In this document: positions 1-7,581 of the stretch, piece after piece
Numbering within the stretch: the stretch's first letter is position 1
Layout: each line of letters begins with the position of its first letter
DNA from: Candidatus Gastranaerophilales bacterium
GTDB lineage: Bacteria; Cyanobacteriota; Vampirovibrionia; Gastranaerophilales; Gastranaerophilaceae
Length of the DNA: 30,195 nt
Assembly: GCA_944326625.1 (NCBI GenBank)
Contig: CALVER010000001.1
Coordinates: forward strand, 1 to 30,195
Direction: 5' to 3'
Notes under the pieces: generated by a model
Told to the model about the DNA's origin: nothing
Database searches by the model: none
What the model saw: only the letters and a program-made list of their open reading frames with translations
Made by a program: the position numbers and the translations under genes

Positions 1-1232
1 GTATCCACAAGCCCGTGAAACATTACGGCAAGTATTGATATCAAAGCCGCAGATACAAAAATTATTTTTTCAATATCAATAGAATTCAATATCATTTTTA
101 CGGAATCTTTAACCAGCAGAATTAAAAATCCCAAAAATGCAACAAGGGCAAAAATTCCGCTTTCAACCGCGATTTCCAGAAAAATATTATAAGCGCTTAA
201 AGCGTCAAAGCCAGTTTTCATATAAAGTCCGTAAATTTCCCTGAAATTTCTATTCCCGACGCCGATTCCCAAAAGCCAGTTATCTTTGAACATTTCAATC
301 GATGATTGATATACGTTAAATCTGAAAGAATTTGAAGAATCCCGCCGCATTGCAAAAATTGACAAAAATCTTGCTCTTAAAGATGCCACGAATATCAATG
401 CGGTCGTAAATAATCCGACTGCAGCGCCGATTAGGGATAAATATATTGTCTTATATTTTTCCCAGAAAAATTTAGCTGAAACAAGAAACGTAAGAGCAAG
501 AATTAAAAGCAAAGCAAGATATGCACCTCTGCAGCCTGTCAAAAACAATGCAAGCACCGCCAGCAAAGAAAAAAACGCAAAAAATATCATGCGTTTATAA
601 TTTTTATGAAAAATAAAATACGCACACATACCGAAAATTGCCGGAATTCCCGCAACAAAATATCCGCCTAAAAGATTCGGATTAAACGGCTTCAAAGTTC
701 CGTAAACCCTGGTCATAATTTCTTCGGGATTATGTCCTGATGTATCCTGCCAGCCGGATATTGCTTCAACATGCGCCGAATTTTGCAAAACCGCAATAAT
801 ACTTTCAAACCCGATACACAATGCTATTGCGGCAATAACATATGGAATTTTAGACAAATTATTTTTAAAATAATGCGCTGCCGAAAAATAAAAACCTATA
901 TATATGAAAGTTTTTAAAAACCCTTTCAAACTTAATGCAAAAAGACTTGATCCGGCAAGACTTATAAGAACAATCATAAAATATGCAGCCAAAAACAATT
1001 CAAAATGATTGAACGTAAATTTGTCACCCTGTTTTGTCATAATTTTCACAAAGGTCAAAAACATTGTGACAAGCGCAATAAACCCTATATAATCCGATGA
1101 CAAAAAAGTTGACACAACAATTACTGCGAGAATAGATCCGAAAATAAATGTATCTATCTTCTGCAAAAAAAGACTGTTATCGTATAAATATTTCAGTTTA
1201 TCCTGAATTTTGAATATTATTTTACTGAACAT
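1..1232 (-). CDS. ictB: IctB-family / O-antigen ligase-like polytopic membrane protein, 3' end runs off the window
   Basis: Not in the ORF track because it has no stop in the window. Translated by hand from ATG 1232: MFSKIIFKIQDKLKYLYDNSLFLQKIDTF...TRVYGTLKPFNPNLLGGYF...RRDSSNSFRFNVYQSSIEMFKDNWLLGIGVGN...DALSAYNIFLEIAVESGIF...MFHGLVD. These segments match cyanobacterial IctB motifs as I recall them (RVYS..GNPNLLAGY, REDSSNNFRINVW, ALSAYS..LE..VE.G, HG.VDT). The start overlaps the upstream DUF4330 stop by 11 bp. Confidence 0.85.
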   Translation of the reverse strand, partial: MFSKIIFKIQDKLKYLYDNSLFLQKIDTFIFGSILAVIVVSTFLSSDYIGFIALVTMFLTFVKIMTKQGDKFTFNHFELFLAAYFMIVLISLAGSSLFALSLKGFLKTFIYIGFYFSAAHYFKNNLSKIPYVIAAIALCIGFESIIAVLQNSAHVEAISGWQDTSGHNPEEIMTRVYGTLKPFNPNLLGGYFVAGIPAIFGMCAYFIFHKNYKRMIFFAFFSLLAVLALFLTGCRGAYLALLLILALTFLVSAKFFWEKYKTIYLSLIGAAVGLFTTALIFVASLRARFLSIFAMRRDSSNSFRFNVYQSSIEMFKDNWLLGIGVGNRNFREIYGLYMKTGFDALSAYNIFLEIAVESGIFALVAFLGFLILLVKDSVKMILNSIDIEKIIFVSAALISILAVMFHGLVD

Positions 1233-1788
1233 CGTATGCGGTACTTTGATTATTAATTACGTCATGGCTGTCAGGGACCGGCACAAGCTGCAAGTCTGAA
1301 ACTATACCGTTAAACTTGTAATCTTCTCCCTCTAATGTAATCGGCAGCCCCATTTTAATTTTATTACCGCCGACAACAGCACCGTCTTTTGTAATTTTGG
1401 CGGTATCTTCAAGAGTTACGATAATATCATAAAGACTTGCCTGTGAAACATCTTCAACCACAACAACTTTTTTTGAATTAAGCGTCGGCAAAACTATTTT
1501 CTTTCTGTCAGATTGAACGTCCACTATATCCAAATCCGAATACGGAACATTTCTTATACTGATAAATGTTTTTTCACCCTTTGCCATAGGAATTTTGTTG
1601 CTCGTCAGAGTGACACTTCTTATATAAACCTGAAATCTGATTTTAGAAGTTGCTTCAATCTGTTTATCCGCAGTTTGTCTGAAATTTGTAAACGTAAAAA
1701 ATCCGACAATTAAAGCAATAACAACACCGACAATTATAATTATATCAATCGGTCTGACTTTTTTGAGTAAATCCAAAAACTTTTGCAT
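1222..1788 (-). CDS. DUF4330-family membrane-anchored protein
   Basis: 188 aa with a single N-terminal TM (IDIIIIVGVVIALIVGFF) and C-terminal KIKMGLPITLEGEDYKFNGIVSDL typical of DUF4330. SD AGGAG upstream, overlapping the stop of the kinase gene. Confidence 0.75.
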   Translation of the reverse strand: MQKFLDLLKKVRPIDIIIIVGVVIALIVGFFTFTNFRQTADKQIEATSKIRFQVYIRSVTLTSNKIPMAKGEKTFISIRNVPYSDLDIVDVQSDRKKIVLPTLNSKKVVVVEDVSQASLYDIIVTLEDTAKITKDGAVVGGNKIKMGLPITLEGEDYKFNGIVSDLQLVPVPDSHDVINNQSTAYDVQ

Positions 1789-1797
1789 AACATTCTC

Positions 1798-2802
1798 CTA
1801 TAATTTTGCGGCGGCATCCAGCAATTCCTGAATAGTTGTTGTTGCACAGCCAAATTGTCTTACGACAAGGCTAGCCGCTATATTTCCGATAATGGCGGCA
1901 TGGACAAAATCCGCGCCGGCCGCAAGTGCAAGTGTATAAACCGCAGTGACCGTATCGCCGGCACCTGTCACGTCAAACACTTCCGACTTATTAAATACCG
2001 GAATTTTAGTATATTTCTTTTTGGGCTCGGTTACAAACATACCGTCAGCCCCGCAGGTTATCAAAATTGCTTTTGCTTTTGTATCTGAAAGCAATTTGTC
2101 ACCTGCTTTTTTCAAATCTTCATCATTTTTCAATTCAAACCCCACGGCTTTTTCAGTATCCGGAAGGTTCGGGGTCATTGAAGTTATATTTTTGTAAATG
2201 TTCAAATCTCTTTGAGCATCAACTATAACAATTTTATTGTATCTGTTCGCAAGTTTTATGGTTGTTTCAATAATTTTTTTAGTCAAAGTTCCGATATGAT
2301 AGTTTGATAAAATAACCGCGTCATATTCAGGAATTGCTTTTTCGATATTACTGATAATTTTATTTTCGGTTTCGGAAGAAACAGGCTCATTAGTCTGTCT
2401 GTCAACACGAACTATCTGCTGGGTAATTGATGTCGTAATAGACCCGGAAATACGTGTTTTAGTAGTTGTTTTTCTTGCGGGATCTTTTACGAGATATCTG
2501 CAATCAATATTGGCTTTTTCAAAAGTATCAATCAATTGTCCTGCCTGATAATCATCACCGCATACGCCGATTACACCGACTTTGCCTTTATTTAAAGTTG
2601 AGGCATTGTGCGCGGCATTTGAAGCGCCGCCAAGGATTAATTTTGTACGGGTATGCTGAAGGATTAAAACCGGAGCTTCACGCGAAATACGCTCGGCATC
2701 ACCGTAAATCATTTCATCTATAGCTAAATCACCAATAACTAATATTTTGGGTTCGGTTAGTTTCTTAATGTAAGAAACGAGTTTTTCTTTATCCATATTC
2801 AT
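1798..2802 (-). CDS. hldE: D-glycero-beta-D-manno-heptose-7-phosphate kinase (HldE/RfaE domain I only, PfkB family)
   Basis: GDLAIDEMIYGDAERISREAPVLIL, GGASNAAHN, and the PfkB signature DVTGAGDTV. No C-terminal adenylyltransferase domain. Confidence 0.85.
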   Translation of the reverse strand: MNMDKEKLVSYIKKLTEPKILVIGDLAIDEMIYGDAERISREAPVLILQHTRTKLILGGASNAAHNASTLNKGKVGVIGVCGDDYQAGQLIDTFEKANIDCRYLVKDPARKTTTKTRISGSITTSITQQIVRVDRQTNEPVSSETENKIISNIEKAIPEYDAVILSNYHIGTLTKKIIETTIKLANRYNKIVIVDAQRDLNIYKNITSMTPNLPDTEKAVGFELKNDEDLKKAGDKLLSDTKAKAILITCGADGMFVTEPKKKYTKIPVFNKSEVFDVTGAGDTVTAVYTLALAAGADFVHAAIIGNIAASLVVRQFGCATTTIQELLDAAAKL

Positions 2803-2836
2803 AAAATCTGCTTTCTAAAAAAATCCTCGTAAATAC

Positions 2837-2845
2837 ACTATACCA
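2837..2845 (-). promoter_or_regulatory. Extended -10 promoter (TG-G-TATAGT) for the hldE-DUF4330-ictB operon
   Basis: Reverse complement reads TGGTATAGT, about 35 bp upstream of the kinase start. Confidence 0.5.
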
Positions 2846-2863
2846 CAAAAATAAAAATTACAA

Positions 2864-3595
2864 CTAGACGTGGCGCATAACAGGATTTATAAGCAATTCA
2901 GCCAATTTATCGGCACCTTCAAAACTTCTGTTTTTAACAAGTTCTGCAGCTTTTTCTCTGTCATAATCCACGAATTTATGTCTGATATTGAAAATACCGT
3001 TTTCAAGATCAATTACCGCATAACAAGCCATAGGAGCAGGAGTCATCGGGCGGCCTACGCTGCCGACATTAACAACGGTTTGCTTATTATTTGTTTGATA
3101 TCCGCAAGGAACGTGGGTATGCCCGCATAAAATTAAATCCGCATTTGTACCGGTAATTATTTCTTCAATTTCTTCCAGCGGTTTCCCGGGCAAAATATCC
3201 TCATTGTTTGCTCTGGGAGAGCCGTGCACAAAAAGGATTTTAACGCCGTCAATATCCATTTCCAATTGAGGAGGCAATTCTGCCAGATACTTTTGATCTT
3301 CTTCCGTCACATAATTCATATCATCAACAATGGCATTTGCCATAACAGGATACTTCTCTTTCATCATATCCAAAACATCCTGACTGTATTCGGCAATAAG
3401 CTTATCCGTATTTCCCTGTATAATAGTCCAATTCTGCTGCTTTACAAATTCCAAAATACTTATTGGCTGAGGCCCTGCAAGGACTATATCCCCAAGACAG
3501 ATAATATGTTCGCAATTCTCTTTTTCAATATCTTTTAAAACTTCTTCTAAAGCTATAAGATTAGCATGGATATCAGATATAACGGCGACTCTCAT
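2864..3595 (-). CDS. Calcineurin-like metallophosphoesterase (YfcE/PrpA-like)
   Basis: Motifs DIHAN, GDIV, GNTD, HGSP, GHTH, NVGSVG. SD AAGGAG. Confidence 0.9.
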   Translation of the reverse strand: MRVAVISDIHANLIALEEVLKDIEKENCEHIICLGDIVLAGPQPISILEFVKQQNWTIIQGNTDKLIAEYSQDVLDMMKEKYPVMANAIVDDMNYVTEEDQKYLAELPPQLEMDIDGVKILFVHGSPRANNEDILPGKPLEEIEEIITGTNADLILCGHTHVPCGYQTNNKQTVVNVGSVGRPMTPAPMACYAVIDLENGIFNIRHKFVDYDREKAAELVKNRSFEGADKLAELLINPVMRHV

Positions 3596-3619
3596 ATAAA
3601 ATTCTCCTTTACGGTATCA

Positions 3620-3628
3620 AGTATAACA
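3620..3628 (-). promoter_or_regulatory. Extended -10 promoter (TG-T-TATACT) for the metallophosphoesterase
   Basis: Reverse complement reads TGTTATACT, 25 bp upstream of the ATG, ahead of the SD. Confidence 0.5.
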
Positions 3629-3659
3629 CAAATAATTATTTTTATACTAAAATAATATT

Positions 3660-4715
3660 ATGATAAAAAGACGACAATCAAAACAGATTTCAATAGGCGA
3701 TATAAAAATCGGCGGTGATGCCCCCATAAGCGTTCAATCCATGTGTAATACAGACACGCGTGATGTAAATGCAACTTTAGACCAGATTAACGAACTTACG
3801 GCAAAAGGATGCGAAATAGTACGTCTTGCGGTGTTAAATAAAGATGCTGCAGAAGCTGTTAAAGAAATCGTTAAAAAATCACCTGTTCCGCTTGTTGCGG
3901 ATATACACTTTGATTACCGTCTTGCGATACAATGTATAAATAACGGGATAAACGCACTAAGGCTTAACCCCGGAAATATCGGCAAACGCGAAAATGTTGA
4001 AAAAGTTGTAAGTCTTGCAAAACAACAGCAAATTCCGATAAGAATAGGAGTTAATGCCGGTTCTTTAGAAAAAGAACTTACGGAAGAAGATATTCCGCTT
4101 TCTGAAAAAATGGTTAAAAGTGCAATGAAACACATCCAAATTCTTGAAGATTTGGACTTTGACCTTATAAAAGTTTCATTAAAATCATCAGATGTTTTGA
4201 CAACAATAGAGGCTTACCGTTCAATAGCAGAAAAAATCCCTTATCCTTTGCATCTCGGGGTAACTGAAGCGGGAACGCTCCGAGGCGGTTTAATCAAATC
4301 TTCAGTCGGACTCGGAACACTGCTTGCGGAAGGTATCGGCGATACAATAAGAGTTTCATTGACAGAAAATCCGACGGAAGAAGTTACTGCCGGCTTTGAT
4401 ATTTTAAAAAGTTTAGGCTTGAGACAGGGCGGAGTTAATTTTATATCATGCCCCACCTGCGGCAGAACTCAGATTGATTTAATTAACCTTGCCAAACGCG
4501 TTGAAGAAAAATTCAAAAATCTTGATAAAAATATTACAATAGCAACCATGGGCTGCGCAGTAAACGGCCCCGGCGAAGCCAGACACGCTGATTTCGGTAT
4601 TGCAGGCGGCATAAACGAGGGTTATGTTTTCAAAAAAGGCGAAATTGTCGCAAAAGTTCCGGAAAACGAATTGTTGGAAAAATTGGAACAAATTATAACA
4701 AAATCATACGAATAG
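3660..4715 (+). CDS. ispG: (E)-4-hydroxy-3-methylbut-2-enyl-diphosphate synthase (MEP pathway, 4Fe-4S)
   Basis: PISVQSM, PLVADIHF, RLNPGNIG, IRIGVNAGSL, LHLGVTEAG, GIGDTIRVSLT, and Fe-S ligands SCPTCGR and MGCAVNGPGEA. Confidence 0.97.
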   Translation: MIKRRQSKQISIGDIKIGGDAPISVQSMCNTDTRDVNATLDQINELTAKGCEIVRLAVLNKDAAEAVKEIVKKSPVPLVADIHFDYRLAIQCINNGINALRLNPGNIGKRENVEKVVSLAKQQQIPIRIGVNAGSLEKELTEEDIPLSEKMVKSAMKHIQILEDLDFDLIKVSLKSSDVLTTIEAYRSIAEKIPYPLHLGVTEAGTLRGGLIKSSVGLGTLLAEGIGDTIRVSLTENPTEEVTAGFDILKSLGLRQGGVNFISCPTCGRTQIDLINLAKRVEEKFKNLDKNITIATMGCAVNGPGEARHADFGIAGGINEGYVFKKGEIVAKVPENELLEKLEQIITKSYE

Positions 4716-4785
4716 TACATGAAAGTGTAACAAAAATATAATATATTTGTATTAAATACAAAAAATGATTATAATAGAGGTGTAT

Positions 4786-5109
4786 ATGAGAATAAAACTT
4801 TTTCTGACAGCGTTAATTATTTCATTTGCGGCAATGCCTTCATTTGCGGGAATAACTCCTGAAGAAGCCAGTTCAGCCGGCTATCTGTATACTCATGGTC
4901 ATTCCGCTGCCACCGTAGATATTGTTCAAAAAAGCAAAGCCAATATTAACGGCGAAGAATATATTTCAGCTGAAGAAGCAAAACATGCAAACCACTCAGG
5001 CTTTGTAAGATGGGTCAGACGTGTATTCATATATCTTGATCCGGCATTGGATGACGGTACATTTATGAACCATGACATAAAAACAACACCGGGTTATGAA
5101 GATCTGTAA
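4786..5109 (+). CDS. Small secreted hypothetical protein (107 aa)
   Basis: Start chosen at ATG 4786 behind SD GAGGTG. Signal peptide MRIKLFLTALIISFAAMPSFA. Overlaps the next gene by 14 bp. No family recognised. Confidence 0.75.
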   Translation: MRIKLFLTALIISFAAMPSFAGITPEEASSAGYLYTHGHSAATVDIVQKSKANINGEEYISAEEAKHANHSGFVRWVRRVFIYLDPALDDGTFMNHDIKTTPGYEDL

Positions 5110-5746
5110 AAAATTTATATATTTTGTTATTTGTTTTTGTATCATCGTACTTCCGGTTTTTTCTATAGAAAAAGGTTCCGTGAAGTACGAAGATAATTTA
5201 ATGGACTATTCTGTTCTTGACGGACAAAAAATTTTAACTGAAGCGGACAGCTTTTTTGAAAGATACGAGACAACAAGAGATCCCAAAGACTTAAGCACCG
5301 CAATGGGGAAATATTATATTGTGACCAAAATTTACCCTGTTGAAATTTACCCTATGGTTCAGCTTGCAAGAACTTATGACGAAAAAAAACTCGACAGATT
5401 TGCAAAACAATATTTTAGTATTTGCTACGATATAGATAAAAAAGATCCTTATCTTAATTATTATATGGGGGATTTTTACTACAAAAGAAACGACTTTAAA
5501 AGAGCATTAAGGTATTTCAAACGAGCTTACGAAAACGGCTACGGCGAATATTATGATTTAAACTTAAAAATTGCAACGATATATGAAAAATTTGCAGATC
5601 TTTTAACTGCAAAGTATTATTATGAAAAGGCTTTTTCTTTAGATCAATCAAATACAAATCTGAAAGATAAAGCTTTGCAAATAGAATCGCTGAATTACGA
5701 AAATTCAGGATATTATAAAGACAATTCCATCCGGGACAAAAAATGA
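5096..5746 (+). CDS. Exported tetratricopeptide-repeat protein
   Basis: N-terminal hydrophobic segment. TPR-like helices YLNYYMGDFYYKRNDFKRALRYFKRA and LNLKIATIYEKFADLLTAKYYYEKAFSLD. ATGA overlap with the next gene. Confidence 0.8.
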   Translation: MKICKKFIYFVICFCIIVLPVFSIEKGSVKYEDNLMDYSVLDGQKILTEADSFFERYETTRDPKDLSTAMGKYYIVTKIYPVEIYPMVQLARTYDEKKLDRFAKQYFSICYDIDKKDPYLNYYMGDFYYKRNDFKRALRYFKRAYENGYGEYYDLNLKIATIYEKFADLLTAKYYYEKAFSLDQSNTNLKDKALQIESLNYENSGYYKDNSIRDKK

Positions 5747-7554
5747 AACTACTTAAAATCATAATTTTAATTTTATTGGTGACATCAAAGGCTTATGCCG
5801 GTGACGAAATATATAATCCTATAAAATTTTCACGCGGAGAAGTTATTTTTACAAATTCTTCATTCCCTATTAACGTAACGGATCCGACACCTGAAAATAA
5901 CGTATCAGGAAGCATCTTTCCGGGAGGCAGAGGGGCTAATCAGCTTGTAATATACACAACTGCATTCGGCGACAGAACAAATACAAACGAATACGGCACG
6001 GAAGCAATTGTCCAAAATAATATCGTAACCATGATTAGCGGCGCCAATTCATTTATACCGCTTGACGGCATAGTAATCAGCGGCCATGGCAAAGCTAAAA
6101 ACTGGATGAATAAAAACATTACAATCGGTACAAAAATTTATATTGATAAACAAAAAAATACCCTCAATGCCTACACAACATCAGAAAGCTACATGTTTGA
6201 AGCCGAAAATAAAATTAATGAAGCAAAAGATATGATGGAATACTACAGAGGGCGAGTTCCGGTATACAATCCGAGATTAACAAATAAACATATATCAGAA
6301 GCAGAAATTTACCTCAAAAAAGCAAAAAAAGATACAGAGGATCAGGAACACGTAAAAAAGTATTCAAAACTTGCGGTTGAAGAAGCAAATAATGCCATAA
6401 CCTCCTCTCTGCCGTATATGCCGAATGAATTAAAAGGCGTATGGATACGCCCGACTGAAACTTCTGAAGCCCAAATTATATCTACACTTAATACAATGCA
6501 AGATATCGGGATAAAAGATGTTTTTCTGGAAACTTTTTACCACGGCAAAACAATTTTCCCGAGCAAAACAATGAAAGACTACGGCTTTATTGTTCAAAAT
6601 GACCAATTCAGTACATTTGACCCGTTAAAGGTCTGGATTAGAGAAGCACATAAAAGAGATATGAAAATCCACATCTGGTTCCAATCTTTTTATGTCGGTA
6701 ATATCCCGCCTGCAGCTAACCCGAAAAGTATTCTGGCAGTCCACCCAGAATGGGGGAATAAAACAAAATCGGATTATCAATCAAAAACACCTACAAGTTC
6801 AAAATCCGAACATAACGGTTATTTTTTGGATCCGGCAAATCCTGCGGTACAGGACTTTTTAATAAAACTTTTGACTGAAATTATAACAACCTATTGTCCT
6901 GACGGAATTAATCTGGATTATATAAGATACCCTCAGGCACTTTCAAAATTTGAAACGGGAAGCTGGGGATACACAGAATTTGCCAGAAAAGATTTCAAAG
7001 ATATGTACAAAACGGATCCGGTGAATATAAAGTACGACGACGCGCTGTGGAAAGATTGGGAAAACTACAGACGAGAACAAATAACAAAATTTGTTGCACG
7101 TGTCGGCACTCTCGGAAGACAAAAATGCGTTTACATAAGCACGGTAATTTTCCCTGATCTTGAAAATGCAATGAATACAAAACAGCAGGATTGGCGGACA
7201 TGGTCCAAAAGAGATTTTGTAGACGGTTTTACACCGCTGTTTTTAACTTATGACCCCAAAATGGTATCATCAATGATGAATGATGTAATGAAGATTAAAG
7301 GCGGGAAAACAAATATATATGCGGGAATTTTCGTAACTTTTATGGGCGGCTCCAAAGAAGATTTAATGAGACAAATTCACGAAACCCGAAAACTCAAAGC
7401 GGACGGAGTTATTCTCTTTGATTATGCACACACAAAAGGCACTTCTTACGCGGAAACACTTTCCGAAGGCGCATTTAAACCGGTCAAAAAACCTCAGCCA
7501 AAACAGCCGGATAAAAAGAAAAAATGGTTTCAATTTTTCAAAAAAAATAAATAA
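5743..7554 (+). CDS. Exported GHL10 (DUF187, YddW/DigH-like) glycosyl hydrolase with an N-terminal accessory domain
   Basis: Signal peptide. Motifs KGVWIRP, ETFYHGKTIFPS, IHIWFQ, FLDPANPAVQDFL, DGINLDYIRYP. The N-terminal region contains IPLDGIVISGHG, resembling a phosphodiester-glycosidase-like segment. Confidence 0.85.
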   Translation: MKLLKIIILILLVTSKAYAGDEIYNPIKFSRGEVIFTNSSFPINVTDPTPENNVSGSIFPGGRGANQLVIYTTAFGDRTNTNEYGTEAIVQNNIVTMISGANSFIPLDGIVISGHGKAKNWMNKNITIGTKIYIDKQKNTLNAYTTSESYMFEAENKINEAKDMMEYYRGRVPVYNPRLTNKHISEAEIYLKKAKKDTEDQEHVKKYSKLAVEEANNAITSSLPYMPNELKGVWIRPTETSEAQIISTLNTMQDIGIKDVFLETFYHGKTIFPSKTMKDYGFIVQNDQFSTFDPLKVWIREAHKRDMKIHIWFQSFYVGNIPPAANPKSILAVHPEWGNKTKSDYQSKTPTSSKSEHNGYFLDPANPAVQDFLIKLLTEIITTYCPDGINLDYIRYPQALSKFETGSWGYTEFARKDFKDMYKTDPVNIKYDDALWKDWENYRREQITKFVARVGTLGRQKCVYISTVIFPDLENAMNTKQQDWRTWSKRDFVDGFTPLFLTYDPKMVSSMMNDVMKIKGGKTNIYAGIFVTFMGGSKEDLMRQIHETRKLKADGVILFDYAHTKGTSYAETLSEGAFKPVKKPQPKQPDKKKKWFQFFKKNK

Positions 7555-7560
7555 TTTCCA

Positions 7561-7569
7561 TGCTATAAT
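7561..7569 (+). promoter_or_regulatory. Extended -10 promoter (TG-C-TATAAT) for comEC
   Basis: Exact TGnTATAAT ending 12 bp before the comEC ATG. Confidence 0.6.
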
Positions 7570-7581
7570 TTTTCTGTTGGG

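Noticed and set aside
1-1232. Annotating ictB as a bicarbonate transporter
   Set aside because: The fold family and operon context point to glycan ligase/polymerase activity, and no carbon-concentrating or carbon-fixation genes are nearby.
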